A DNA stretch of 64,000 bases, taken from assembly GCF_006345805.1 (NCBI RefSeq), contig NC_043003.1, positions 88,536,001 through 88,600,000 on the forward strand. Reading direction: 5' to 3'. Source of the stretch: Octopus sinensis. Its lineage: Eukaryota. The notes under the pieces were generated by a model, which worked only from the letters and a program-made list of their open reading frames with translations, did no database searches and was not told where the DNA came from. The first letter of the stretch is position 1; each line of letters starts with the position of its first letter. Of the stretch, positions 36,160 to 48,965 are shown one piece after another. A program made the position numbers and the translations under genes.

Positions 36160-38800
36160 ACAACATACTTTTTCTTTCTTGATCATAATGCTTATGTCGA
36201 ATGTGACATTTAAGTCCCGCCAACAATTTGCAAAGAAGACCACAAATGCTGCGAGTATGAGGATTACACGTCAGTGCAGGTGGTATATTTGCAGCTGCTT
36301 TTCTCCTTTACCTTTCACCCCAAAGCCTGTTAATGCTGGTTGCAACAAAGTTTTTATACCATTTTGACACAACGATATCCATTTTATTCGTTCCAAGGCT
36401 GTTCACTCAGAGGTGTTGTGAGTTATCTTCATTTCTAAGGGGCTACTCTTCAGCTTGTCCTTATATCTGAGCCATAGTCAACCAACATTCCTGTGCCCAC
36501 TCTCAAGCTGGCCATACATGAGGACTTTGAGTATTCTTTCGTCACTCATTCTGATGACATGGCCAGCCCAGCACAATTGTGATTGCATATGGAAGCTCTC
36601 GATTTCACCAATCTTACACTTGTTAAACAAGTCAGCATTAGAAACTCTATCTTTTAGGGAATAACTGCAGATTGTCTCAGACAGTTTGCAGAAGATGTCT
36701 AGTTGGTTAATGTGTCATCTATAGGGTATCCACGATGCTGAGCCATACAAGAGAGTAGTAAGAATGGTGGCTTTATAGACCTCTACTTTAGCGTCAAGTT
36801 TGATGCCCCTTTTATTCCATAGATGACGGAGTTTGCCAAATGTATTGGTTGCCTTTGCAAGACATCTGACAATTTCATCATCATGGGAATTCACTTTACT
36901 ACCAAGATATGTAAATGACTTTACATAATTTAGGCTTTTCCCATCAACCTGTATAGGAGTGTCAGGAAATTGTGAACCGGTGGCCTTTGCTTGACACCTC
37001 AAATTTGATTAGGAGTTGGGCAAGGTTGGTGGATTACTTCTGTCTTCTTTATACTGATGATCAAGCCAAGGGCTTTACATGCAGCAGAAAACCAGTCTAG
37101 AAGTTCTGAGCTTCCTCTAAGCAGGTCGCTACTAGTGCAGCATCATCTGCAAAAATTAGATGACAACTGATACTGGTGTGGAGCAGTGTTCTGGCTTTGA
37201 AACACTGATGATTGAATAGTCTTGTCTGAAACTTGAATATGACACCACTTTGTCGTTAAAAGCATACCTCAGCTTCACTGAAAAGAAGAGTACAAACAGA
37301 ACAGACCGTAACACAACCTAGCTTTGTGCTGTTTGTAATGTCGAAGGAAGCTGAAGAGTCCTCACCGGACACAACAGCAGCCTTCATTCCCTCATGAAAG
37401 GAGATGATGACATTCAACATCTTGTCAGGTATACAAAGCTTTTTCAGAACTTTACATAGTGCTTGCCAGTTAACAGTGTCTAAGGCCTTAGTAAGGTCAA
37501 CAAATATCAAGAACAACTCTTGATTTTTTTCATGTACTTTCTCTGTGACCTGTTGAAGGGAAAAGATCATGTCGATAGTGCCATAACCAGAGTGAAATCT
37601 GCACTGTGATTTTAGATAGATATCATTTATGTGTTTGATGATCCTGTCAAGCAAGAATCTTTCCAGCAATAGACAAGCAATATTCCATGATTATCACAGA
37701 CACTTCTGTTTCCTTTGTTCTTATAAAGATTTGAATTGAAGTCCTCTGGTTCACGGCCTACCATCCAAATGTTTATGAAGAGGTCATGCAATTTCTTAAA
37801 AAGCTTCTGTCCACCATGCTTGTAAATTTCTGGAGGAACAGCATTCCTTCCAGGCACTTTACTAGAAGAGATTTGTTTAATAGAGTTTACCACTTCCAGG
37901 AAGGCTGGCTCCAGAGACAGTTCTGGTATTTCAGTGTGCTACGGAATAGACATTATAACGTCATCATTAGTGACTGAGGTAGAGTTCAACACAGCTTCGA
38001 AGTGATCTTTCCATCGTTTCAGGACATCAGATTTGTCAGTCAAGTGTCTCTCTATTCAATGAAAAAATAGGAGTAACACCGTGCTCTTGAGGGCCTTACA
38101 CTTTCTTGAGGCCATCATAAAAGGCTTTAGAATCCTTTCTGTCTGCAGCTTCTTGGAGTTCAGTAGCCTTGAAAGACCACCAAGTCTCCTTCATCTGTCT
38201 CAAAGTACATTGAACCTGGCCTCTGCATATCTTGTAGGCATTCTCTTTTCTGGATGAACTCTTATCATTTATCTATGTTCTGTGAGAGCTGTGCATTTTA
38301 TCTATCAATTGTTGGATATCGGTGTTGTTATCATTGAACCAATCTTGTTTACAAACAGGAAATCAAAGAATCTCTACACATGCAGAATGCATTGTATCAT
38401 GCAGAGCCTTCCAAGATGATACTATGTGATCATTGATATTAACAGTGTTGAGTGCAGAGTCCAACTTGATAGAGAGCTCAGCCTGCTTTTCAACAGTTTT
38501 CAAAGGCAGAACATTAATGCACTTAGGTACCGATGACTTTTACAGTCATATGTGTTTCAGATGAACCCTAGCCTTACTACAGAGAAGAGATTGGTCAGAG
38601 AGATAACAGGTGTTACGAAAGGAACATGTAATGTTAAAGTCCCTCATATCTCATTTCTTAGTGATAACATAGTCTATGAGATGCCTATCCTTAGATCTAG
38701 GATGCATCGAGGTTGTCTTGCAACAATTTCACTTTTGAAAATAGGTATTTGTGATACTTAGACTGAATTCCCTGCAGATGGAGAGCACATGCAGACCACT
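36160..38800 (-). mobile_element. Degenerate RTE LINE (second family)
   Basis: SQCRFHSGYGTIDMIFSLQQVTEK..FVDLTKALDTV and FTYLGS..IKLDAKVEVYKATILTTLLYGS. Confidence 0.85.
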
Positions 38801-38809
38801 GGAGTTCAT

Positions 38810-39750
38810 TCAGTCTTCCATAATGGCGTCTCCTAGCCGCTTTCTTTGCATATTCATTAAAAGCAAGGGCACCATCATCCATACAGAAACATTTCTCACC
38901 TATGACATCACAATTTTCTCTAACACACTGTCTTGCAATCTGAAATACTTCAGTTTGTTGGTCATCACGGCACTGAACAAAGGCAAACTTCTTTTCTGCT
39001 TCTTCCTTGGCTAGATATATCTGTCTCCTAGCTTCCCTTCTGGCTATCTGACACAGTTCCTTGCTGTTCCCAAGTCTGTTTCTTTGTTCTAATGGCCCTG
39101 TCTATAGTTTTGTTCCACCACCACGTTACGCTAGGTCTGGAAAGGACTTTGCATCAGTTACAGATTTGGTCTGTGGCACTCAGCAAACTATCCCACAGGA
39201 ATTCCCAGTTGCCCTCTATATCACAAGTTTGTAGCTGCTCCTCCCTCTCATCAAATTTCTCAGTTAGGATGTCCCTAAATCTCAGACCATTTGAAGAGTC
39301 CTTAAGCTTCCAAATCCTTCTTTTCCAAATTAGTCTTCTTTTTGGCTTCCTTCTGGCCTAGAGTCTACAGTCACTAATGACTAGTCTATGCTTGGGGTAC
39401 ATTATTCACCAGGGAGAGTCTTTGCTTTTGAGAGCAACCATGCATACCACTGCCTGGTGAGAATGAAATCAATTTGGCTAGCAGAGTCACCTGATTGATA
39501 AGTTATCAGGTGGCTAGCTGGCTTCCTGAAGTTGGTGTTGACGATCAAAAGATTATTTGCATCACAGATCTCCAGTAGTCTTGTTCCCTCTTCACCTCGG
39601 GAACTGATTCCATGGCCTCCATGTACACCATGGTAGATACTGGACTGCTCAATGAAATCCTCAGCAATGAAGATGAGATCATTGTCACACATATTGGAGG
39701 TAGCCTGCAGAAGAATAGCATAAAAGTGGTTCATGAGGGTTGGCAATGAG
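38810..39750 (-). mobile_element. RTE AP-endonuclease/linker segment, inverted relative to the adjacent RT segment
   Basis: HGGHGISSRGEEGTRLLEICDANNLLIVNTNFRK..LITYQSG..SQIDFIL and TWWWNK motifs. Confidence 0.8.
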
Positions 39751-39754
39751 TACA

Positions 39755-41310
39755 GTGAAGTATTCCTGATAGAGGTAGGGGTCCACTAAGATTCAGTTCT
39801 TAGCCCCCCCCTCCTATTTATCATAGTCCTCCAGGCAATAACAGAGGAATTCAAGACAGGATGCCCCTGGGAGCTCCTCTATGCTGATGACCTTGCTCTA
39901 ATTGCTGAGTCACTATCAGAACTAGAGGAGAAGTTTCAAGTGTGGAAGCAAGGATTAGAATTGAAGGGCCTTAGAGTCAACGTAGCTAAAACCAAAGTCC
40001 TAATAAGTAGGAAAGCAGACAAACCACAAATCCCTTCAGGTAGTTGGCCCTGCTCAATCTGCAGAAAAGGCATAGGTAGAAACTCTAAAAGATGTACCCA
40101 GTGTAAGCAGCAATATCAAAGGAAGGCTAACTGGGAAGATAGTTTTTGTATGTGGCAGATGCTCAGGAGCAATAAACACTGAAAATGTGCAGAGAACAAC
40201 TTCTGCCACATTCCAGGGAGAAAAACTAGTAGTTGATAGCTTCCGTTACCTAGGGGACCAAGTCAGTAGCGGGAGAGGGTGCGCTGAAAGTGTAGCTGCT
40301 GAAATAAGAATAGCTTGAGCAAAGTTCAGAGAGCTCCTACCCCTGCGGTGACAAAGGGCCTCTCGCTCAGAGTAAAAGGTAGACTGTATGACGCATGTGT
40401 ACAAACAGCCATGCTACATGGCAGTGAAATATTGCTGAGGACAGACGTAAGCTTGCAAGGAATGAAGCCAGTATGATCCGATGGATGTGTAATGTCAGTG
40501 TTGATACTCGACAGAGTGAAAGTACCTTGAGAGAAAAGTTGGACCTAAGAAGCATCAGATGTGGTGTGCAAGAGAGACTGTGCTGGTATGGTCATGTGAC
40601 GAGAATGGATGAAAATAGCTGTGTGAAAAAGTGCCACACCCTAGCGGTTGAGGGAACCTGCGGAAGAGGTAGACCTGGGATGAGGTGGTGAAGCACGACC
40701 TTCAAATATTAGGCCTCACCAAGGCCATGATTAGTGACCGAGATCTTTAGAAATATGCAGTGCGTGAGAAGACCCAGCAAGCCAAGTGAGACCATAACCT
40801 CGTGGCCTATGCCAGGGGTGTAACCAGCCCACTTATGCATACCTTTCCTTCATTGGACACTAAACTCTGCTTGCGAAGACCTGTTGAGGCAAGTGAAACT
40901 GAAATCGAATCAAATTCGATGACTGGCATCCATGCTAGTGCAGCGCTAAGAGCACCATCCAAGCGTGTTCGTTGCCAGAGCAGTTGGCTGGCTTCCATAC
41001 TGGTGGCATGTGAAAAAGTATTCGAGTGATGTCATTGCCAGTGCCACTTAACTGGCTCCTGTGCAGGTGGCATGTAAAAGACACAATTTGAGTGTGGCCA
41101 TTGCCAGTACCACCCGACTGGCCCTTGTGCTGGTGGCACATAAAAGCACCCAGTACACTCTCGGAGTGGTTGGCGTTAGGAAGGGCATCCAGCTGTAGAA
41201 ACTCAGCCAGATCAGACTGGAGCCTGGTGCAGCCATCTGGTTCGCAAGTTCTCAGTCAAATCATCCAACCCATGCTAGCATGGAAAGCTGACATTAAACG
41301 ATGATGATGA
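39755..41310 (+). mobile_element. RTE LINE 3' half (RT domains 4-7, C-terminus, UTR, (GAT)n tail)
   Basis: LLFIIVLQAITEEFKTGCPWELLYADDL; IRCGVQERLCWYGHV. Confidence 0.9.
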
Positions 41311-41324
41311 TTCTTCTGTTCATT

Positions 41325-41460
41325 TTGTAGGCCCGCTTGTGGGGCATAGGCAGATATAATTGTAGCTATACTATTCTGCAAGACTAGCCTGAGCTTAAGT
41401 ACTCTATCGCATACTCTAACTACCTCTGTAACCTTATCCACAATGAAATGGGTTATTTCC
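41325..41460 (-). mobile_element. RTE AP-endonuclease N-terminal fragment
   Basis: VVRVCDRVLKLRLV...IISAYAPQAG. Confidence 0.65.
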
Positions 41461-41703
41461 CTTGGGTGTTTAAAAAGAATTAGTTATATACGGTAGATAT
41501 AAAGGTCCCTTCCAGGGGCCTTATTATCGATTTTTCAACAATCTAAGTATGTCATGAGGTTTCCAGATGAGTTCTACTCACATGTCAAGTTTCATCAAAA
41601 TCAATAAAATGATGTAGGAGGAGTTAGCTAACAATGCCACAAACACACACTGATTTTCCACATATGTAGTAGGTATATATCATATATATATTTTGTGTAT
41701 ATA

Positions 41704-42565
41704 CGAGGGGGTACCCAAAAGAAGCCAGAATTTTGCAATACTATTTTATTCCCTTAGTTTTACATGTTTGCACTTTTATCACCTTCAAAGTATTCTCCAT
41801 TTGAAGCAATGCATCAGTCCAGATGTGATTTTCAGTTTGAAACAGTGCTGGAACTCTTGTGAAGTGATGCCTTTTAACACCTCTGTTGTTTTTCTTTTCA
41901 CCTCTTCCACATCTGCAAATTCCATTGCACCAGCTTTTGTCACCAGTGATGGCCTTCAAAAAAGGGTCTGGATCAACTTTCAGCTGTTCTTTCTGTTCAT
42001 AACATACATTCAGTTGTGACTACTTTTGATCTTCTGTGAGCAAGCGAGGCACAAATTTTGCTGCAACTTTTTTCATTTGCAATTCTTCACTCAAAATTCA
42101 AGATACACCAGTCATATCAACAAGTTTGTCAATTGTTCAGTAATGGTCCTCCAAGATCAGTTCATGAATTTTCATGATGTTTTCATTCATTCGGGAGATC
42201 AACAGTTGCCCTGAACAAAGTTTGTCCACAAGCAACAAGTAACCATTCCTAAAGCATGAAAACCACTTGTAAACTTGTGTTTTACGAGGCATAATAGCTA
42301 TTTCAGCCACCGATTTCCCCAGGAGAAAACAGAATTTCATGGAAGCATGTTGTTCCTTCATTTCAGCCATCACAAGAATTGACAAACAAGGGAGAAACAC
42401 TGCAAAACAAAGACACACCACATGGCAGTAGGACTACACCTGATGCCAGAGGATGGCAGACTGATATCTGACAGTCACATCAAGTGGCTTCTAACAATGA
42501 CAGCCTGAACTACAGTGGGCTTGACCCACATAAAACGTTTCCAGTTATTTTTGGGTACCCCCTCA
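41704..42565 (-). mobile_element. Internally deleted mariner element
   Basis: TA-flanked TIRs CGAGGGGGTACCCAAAA / TTTTGGGTACCCCCTCA; MKFCFLLGKS..KTQVYKWFSCF. Confidence 0.8.
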
Positions 42566-44034
42566 TATATTATTTATAAATAACTTGCAGATACAAGTGC
42601 TACAGTTGAAAGCTCCATACTCCAGACACTAGGAGACTTATGAGGATCATCAGGTGAAAATGTGTGCCATTTCAGTGCCTTTCTCTCAGCAACATTATTG
42701 CTCACTAGCTCCCCCCTTACTAAGATCAACTGGTTACTAGACTTCATTCAATATCTTATGTGTATATACATATGTATGTGTGTAATGGACCTCATCGTTT
42801 CCATTTACCAAATCCATTTCACAAAACTTTGTTTGGCCCTTGGCTATAGTGGAAGACACTTGACCAAGGTTTCACATGGTGGAACTGAACCCTAAACCAC
42901 TTGGAAGCAAATTTCTTAATCACCTAACCATGGTGTTCTCCACTTTATGTTAGTAAATGTATTGAAAGTATGTCAATAATACACCCTTTGTGATTTTTAT
43001 TTCTGTTTAGATAACAATGTTAGTGCATTTTTGGTTTTCAAAAACACACCTTACATTACTCTCCATATGTTACCTTAGCAACAATAAATAGGACATCAAT
43101 CCAATATTTTATTTTGCTTTTGTATTAACTGTGGTATAGTTACTGCTGTAATAATCTTTATCAAACACAAAACGCCTCCGTTGTGTAAGTATTTGTAATT
43201 AGTTTTATCTATTTCTGTATAGATAACCCTGCCAGCCTTTGAAGCAAGTAATTGTTATGACTATCATGCCTCTCCTGAACACAGCTGCTATATGTAAGTG
43301 GCATGCCTACAACTCTGAATAGTACCACCACTGTCAAGGCACAGATTTTTTCCATCATTACCATGACATATACTTTTTCATGCTCTCATGGCTCAGACAG
43401 GGTTATTGAGACAGATTTTCTTCGGCCAGACACCCTTCCTATTACCAACCCTTGTTTGTTTCTAAGTAAGCTACATTCTCATAGTGGCATATGTCTTTGC
43501 AGGATACTTGAAATAACTGATACTGATTGTATGACTGCAACACTCATATATGTCCCCACATGATGTCAAGACAAGGAATCACAAAATGCATGCGCGCACA
43601 CTTACACACAGTCCAGGGCTATAGGAGAAGACACTTTTCAAAGATGACATGCAATAGGACTGAATCTGGGAAGCAAACTTCTTAAACACACAGCCATGCC
43701 TGCTCCTATTTTAAAATTTTTATAAATTATATTTTCCCGATTTATTACGTCTATTCTTAGCAGGACCTTCTTCCAAACCCTATTCTCCTGACAACAATTT
43801 TGCTAAAAAGAAGATAAGACAATCAAAAACGTCTCTGATGTACATATTGATTATCAAATTTGTTGTAAGATTGTGAAAAAACCAGTCAAATAAAATAAAA
43901 AGTGAAGCCATCTTGTAACTTGTTCTCTACAAATATTCTGCCAAATGTTGCAAAAGACAAAGAATTCACTTCTGTGAATTTATGAGAAGAATATTCTAGA
44001 AAAATCATTATCTTATAAACAACTCAAACTTTAA

Positions 44035-44255
44035 CCCTTTCATTACCAACCCGGCTGAAACCGGCTCTGGCTCTTTTGTACAAATGTCTGGTTTTCAAAA
44101 GTTCTGAATTAAAACCTTCCACCAAACCTTAGTCACAATTTATGTCCCTAACTCTAGCTTAATGATAACGATGTTATTTTAATTAATTCTTTGTTATATT
44201 TAACATAATTGGAAGAAACACTGAGCATCTCAAAATAAATTCAGTAACGAAAGGG
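44035..44255. mobile_element. piggyBac MITE (221 bp)
   Basis: TTAA at 44031-44034 and 44256-44259; TIRs CCCTTTCATTAC / GTAACGAAAGGG. Confidence 0.9.
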
Positions 44256-44557
44256 TTAAGCATTTTCTACACAGCCAACTGATAAAAGTCATAATAAAAG
44301 AATCATAATTTGTTGTGTACTGTTACCATATTTCTACAGCCATTCATTGATGATTATCTGCCAAAAGATTAAGTACCATTGTTGTTCTCCCATTTGTTGT
44401 CTAGAATCTTGGTGAAATTTTATTTTTTTTTTTTTGTTTTCTATTTTCAGTTATGTTATTTGTTGAATAATCCACTTCCTTAATTGACTTTGATGATTCA
44501 TGTTTGAATATCTCCTGAACTACTCCCATGTCAAGTTGATTGTACTTTTGCCTGCCA

Positions 44558-45382
44558 ATGATAACCTCAAATTGTCAATGGCTTACCAGAAGTAGGTCAT
44601 TTGCAGTTTATATAATACGTTATCATTCTTCTATCAAGAACCCAGAAAATTTAATTTACATTCTACCAGACACTAACCTAGAGAAGATACCATTTATAAC
44701 TCAATATCAACAAGTCTTTGATTTATCAAAATTCAACATTCCAAACTTAAAACAGACTTCAGCCAAACAGCGCAGACCAGAACTAAAAGTAGCAGACTCT
44801 CGCCTATTCTACACACCACAGTTGGCTCTTTCTTTTAATAATAATACTAGGCAATTAGATATTCAGTATTCAATACTGAGAAAAATATTTGAGATCATTT
44901 CTTTAATTTACCATAAGAGTCCATTGTTGTTGTTAGACATTGGCTGTGGTACAGGTGTAAGTACTGAAAGTTTCACTTCAAATAATTGCCATTTTATTGG
45001 CACTGACATTAGTATGTCAATGCTATCTATGGCTGTGAAAAAGAAGTCTTTGAAGAGTTGTGATTACCTCCAACTTGACCATAGTTACAGACTTCCCTTT
45101 CGCCCAAATTGTTTTGATGTTGTCATCAGTACTTCATTTTTACAGTGGTTATTAGTTACAAAAGATTCAAAATGCATTTTAGGAAGATTTTATTCTTTTG
45201 TTTCTCACATTTTAAAACCCAATGGACATTTTTTGCTCCAGTTCTATCCAAGGAACATTTCAGATATTCAGCTAGCCTTGACCTTATCTGTAGAGGTTTT
45301 CCGAGGAGCCTTGTTCTCTTGCAGACCACACCCTAAACGAGGACTGAAACTTTTCTTATTTCTCTATAAAGAAGATAAATAA
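44558..45382 (+). CDS. BUD23: Divergent, intronless BUD23/WBSCR22-family SAM-dependent (m7G rRNA) methyltransferase with an N-terminal extension
   Basis: RRPE..LFY, TRQLDIQ, LLDIGCGTG.S, GTDIS..ML, LPFRPNCFD..IS.SFLQWL and QFYPRN align in order with the BUD23 MTase domain. First in-frame ATG at 44558; strong acceptor at 44450; AATAAA at 45381-45386. Probably a paralogue rather than the orthologue. Confidence 0.8.
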   Translation: MITSNCQWLTRSRSFAVYIIRYHSSIKNPENLIYILPDTNLEKIPFITQYQQVFDLSKFNIPNLKQTSAKQRRPELKVADSRLFYTPQLALSFNNNTRQLDIQYSILRKIFEIISLIYHKSPLLLLDIGCGTGVSTESFTSNNCHFIGTDISMSMLSMAVKKKSLKSCDYLQLDHSYRLPFRPNCFDVVISTSFLQWLLVTKDSKCILGRFYSFVSHILKPNGHFLLQFYPRNISDIQLALTLSVEVFRGALFSCRPHPKRGLKLFLFLYKEDK

Positions 45383-47517
45383 TAAACATATTTTTAAAAC
45401 ATCAAAAATTGTGCTTTTTGTTTTTTTGTCATTGATTTTACATCCATTGACACCAGAAAAGGTTTTTTTTATAATTTCTCACATTTGCATATTAGAGCAA
45501 AATCACTTTGACAGTTTTTCCTACTGCTAACTACTTACAAAGGATGGAACATGTCAAGCCAACAAAACTCAAGCTCGCAAAGTTATTGATCTTACTTAAG
45601 CATACTAAATATATGGAAGCTAGCATATGTTTTGAACTCATGACCCCAGTAGCAGAGAGGTGAGTCCACAGTTTGGTTTTAATTGCCAATTGCACATAAT
45701 CATACTTCACAAAATATGAACATCATCATTTTCTAATTTGATATCTGTTATTTCTGAAAAGTTAATGCCTCTGGAGGAAAAGATGTGATTAGAATTGTGA
45801 ATTCCTGTTTATATTTGTGTCTTTGTATAAACATATGTGTATAACCATTTGTACATGCATGGGCATGGCTGTGTAGTTAAGAAGTTTTCTTCCCAACCAC
45901 ATGGTTTTGAGTTTAGTCTTACTGCATGGCACTTTGATTATTGTTTCAGGCCAACAAAAACCTTGTGAATGGTTTTGGTTGACAAAAGCAAGAAGATGTC
46001 CATTGTATATCTTTTATCTTTTACTTATTTCAGACTACAGCCAGGCTCGGGCACTGCCTTGAACAATTTCAGTCAAACGAATCAGCCCCAGTACGTTTAT
46101 TTTTAACCCCAGTTCTTATTCTCTCAGTCTCTTTTGCCAAACCACTAAGTTACAGGGACGTATATCCACCAACATCAGTTGTCAAGAGGTGGTAGGGGAT
46201 AAACACAGACACAAAGACACACACGTATATACTTACAACAGGTCTCTTGCAATTCCCATCTACCAAATCCACTCACAAGGCTTTAAACAGCCTGAGGATA
46301 TGGCAGAAGACTCCTGCCCAAGATGCTATGCAGTGGGACAGAACCTAAAACCATGTGGTTGGGAAGCAACTCATTTTGACATCATGTGATAGTTCTACAT
46401 AAGCATCACTATCATGCAAGAGTGCCATTCATTTCCAATATTCTGCAAAACATATCTGGTCATGGGAAAATATTATCTTGCTCGAAAATAGGTGAGAGTT
46501 ATCCAACACGAAGGGCATCTGACTAGAAAATCCACCTCTGTCCCATACTAGAATGGAAATATAGATTTTAAAGCAAACATATGGTTCTGTGTGTGCATGT
46601 GTAGACATACATAATGACATCTATGTATATATACACTGATGAAAAAAATTACTATAAAAAATTTTAATATTATTTATAAAGAACTAGGCACAGTTGTGGT
46701 TGTGTGCTAAGATGTTTGCTTCCCAACTTCATAGTTCCATGTTCAGTCCCACTACATGGCAAGTGTCTTCTGCTATAGGCTGAGGCTGACCAAAGCTTTG
46801 TGAGTGGATTTGGGTGACGGAGACTAAAAGAAGCATATCATGTACATATATATATGTGTGTCTCCTCTTCTCCTCTCCTTCCTTCTCCCCTTCTCTCCCC
46901 TCCTCTTCTCCTTTCCTTCCTTCTCCCCCTTCCCCCTCCTCTTCTCCCCTTTCTTTCACTCACCCCTCCCCTCTCTCCCCCTTACCTCCCCCTCTTCCCT
47001 CATCTCCTCTCTCTACACTACACCATACGACTTTACACATCACATCATATATACATACACACGTCCAGACCTCTCATACGCACTAATACTCTCTCATACA
47101 CACACACACACTCTTATGTTGGAGCGAGGTCATTTAACCCTATTATCTCCCCTAATTTCGCTCTTGCGTCTCACGTTTGATCTTTGACTTCTGGCCGAAA
47201 TCAGATCGCCATGTTGATTCGCTAGCCTCTGCACGCATTTTTTTTTCTCTCCTTCTTTCTGTGTTTCTTCTCTGTGTATCTTTCTGTTGAAGAGCGTAGG
47301 CTCGAAATGTTAAAGACTTGTTTTATTTATATTTCCAGAGCGCCATACTAATACAATTGTTTGTTTGTATTCCACCTGCCTTCATCTTTTGTTTATTTCC
47401 GTAAACCTGCCTTCGTCTTTTGTCTATTTTCATAAAGCTTCCCGTTATATATATATATATATACACACGTATATATATATTTATATATATACATGTAAAT
47501 ATATACATGTAAATATA

Positions 47518-47627
<110 letters not shown>

Positions 47628-47676
47628 GTATATATATAATATATATATATATATGTGTATATATATATATATATGT

Positions 47677-48375
47677 ATCATCATCATCATTGTTCGACCG
47701 TGGTCGAGACAATGGAATTTACCATGCTACGCCAGACTTCACGGTCCATCATGGCATTACAGAGGTCCTGTTGCTGGATGCCTGTATCCCTGGAGATTAC
47801 ATCAGGGTAGGGGAGTGTGCGCCCTCTGGTATTGCGAGTAGATGGCTTCCAGAGGAGAAGAGTAGAAATTACCTCTTTTTCAGCTCTACAACAATGTCCA
47901 GCAAACTGGACTCTCTTACCTTTCACAAGAGATGACACAGGTGGTAGTTTCCCATATATTTGCATTTTAGTTGGATGGCGCTTCCACGAGAGATTTTGAC
48001 CCCTCATAAGGAGGCGAGTGTAGGTTCCATCCAACTGCCTCTCAAGCTTCTTTGAGAACGTTCAGGTTTCTGAGCTGTATAGTAGAATTGGTTCGACTGT
48101 GGGTTTGAAGATTTCAAGTTTGAAATCTCTACTTAGATTTGATGACCAGATCTTATGCATGTCATTACAGGCTGACCAGGCCATACCCTTTCTAGTTAGA
48201 AAGTCTTTTCCAGATGATGATATGTATGACCCAAGATATTTGTAATCAGAAACCATATTTAAGGGCGCATTGTTGAGAGTATGGATGATGCAATCACTGT
48301 TGGACAGGCACTTGTTTATGTATTCAGTCTTGGCCTCATTGAGGTAAAGACCTACACAATTTGAGGCTTGTTCAA
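47677..48375 (-). mobile_element. RTE/RTEX-like LINE 3' end with (ATG)n tail
   Basis: YKYLGSYI..TVEPILLYSSET..DGTYTRLLM..VQFAGHCCR. Confidence 0.8.
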
Positions 48376-48397
48376 GAGATATGTATATATATCATGT

Positions 48398-48646
48398 GAT
48401 CACGTGACTGACCAGACCATCAGATGTTGTTACATTAGCCTTCGAATGACGCCACCCCGCTGGCTAAGCGAGCAGGCCAACAGAAGAAAGAGTACAGCAG
48501 GGATCACCACACCCTGCCGGAACCTCGTGGAGCTTTTAGGTGTTTTCGCTCAATAAACACTCACAACGCCCAGTCTGGGAATCAAAACCACGATCCTACG
48601 ACCGCGAGTCCGCTGCCCTAACCACTGGGCCATCGCGCCTCCACAT
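48398..48646 (-). mobile_element. tRNA-SINE (left member of a head-to-head pair)
   Basis: Reverse complement of the SINE head and body. Confidence 0.9.
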
Positions 48647-48660
48647 GTATATATATATAT

Positions 48661-48922
48661 ATGTGGAGGCGCAATGGCCTAGTGGTTAGGGCAGCAGACT
48701 CGCGGTTTCGATTCCCAGACCAGGCGTTGTGTGTGCTTATTGAACGAAAACACCTAAAAGCTCCACGAGGCTCCGGCAGGGGGTGGTGATCCCTGCTGTA
48801 CTCTTTCACCACTCTTTCTTCTGTTGGCCTGCTCGCTTAGCCAGTGGGGTGGCGTCATCCGAAGGCTAAAACAATGCGAACGCATTGTAACAACATCTGA
48901 TGGTCTGGTCGGTCACGTGATC
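48661..48922 (+). mobile_element. tRNA-SINE (right member of the head-to-head pair)
   Basis: GTGGAGGCGCAATGGCCTAGTGG A-box and GGTTTCGATTCCC B-box. Confidence 0.9.
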
Positions 48923-48965
48923 ATGTGATATATATATATGTAAGAACTATGGGGAAAAATCAATT

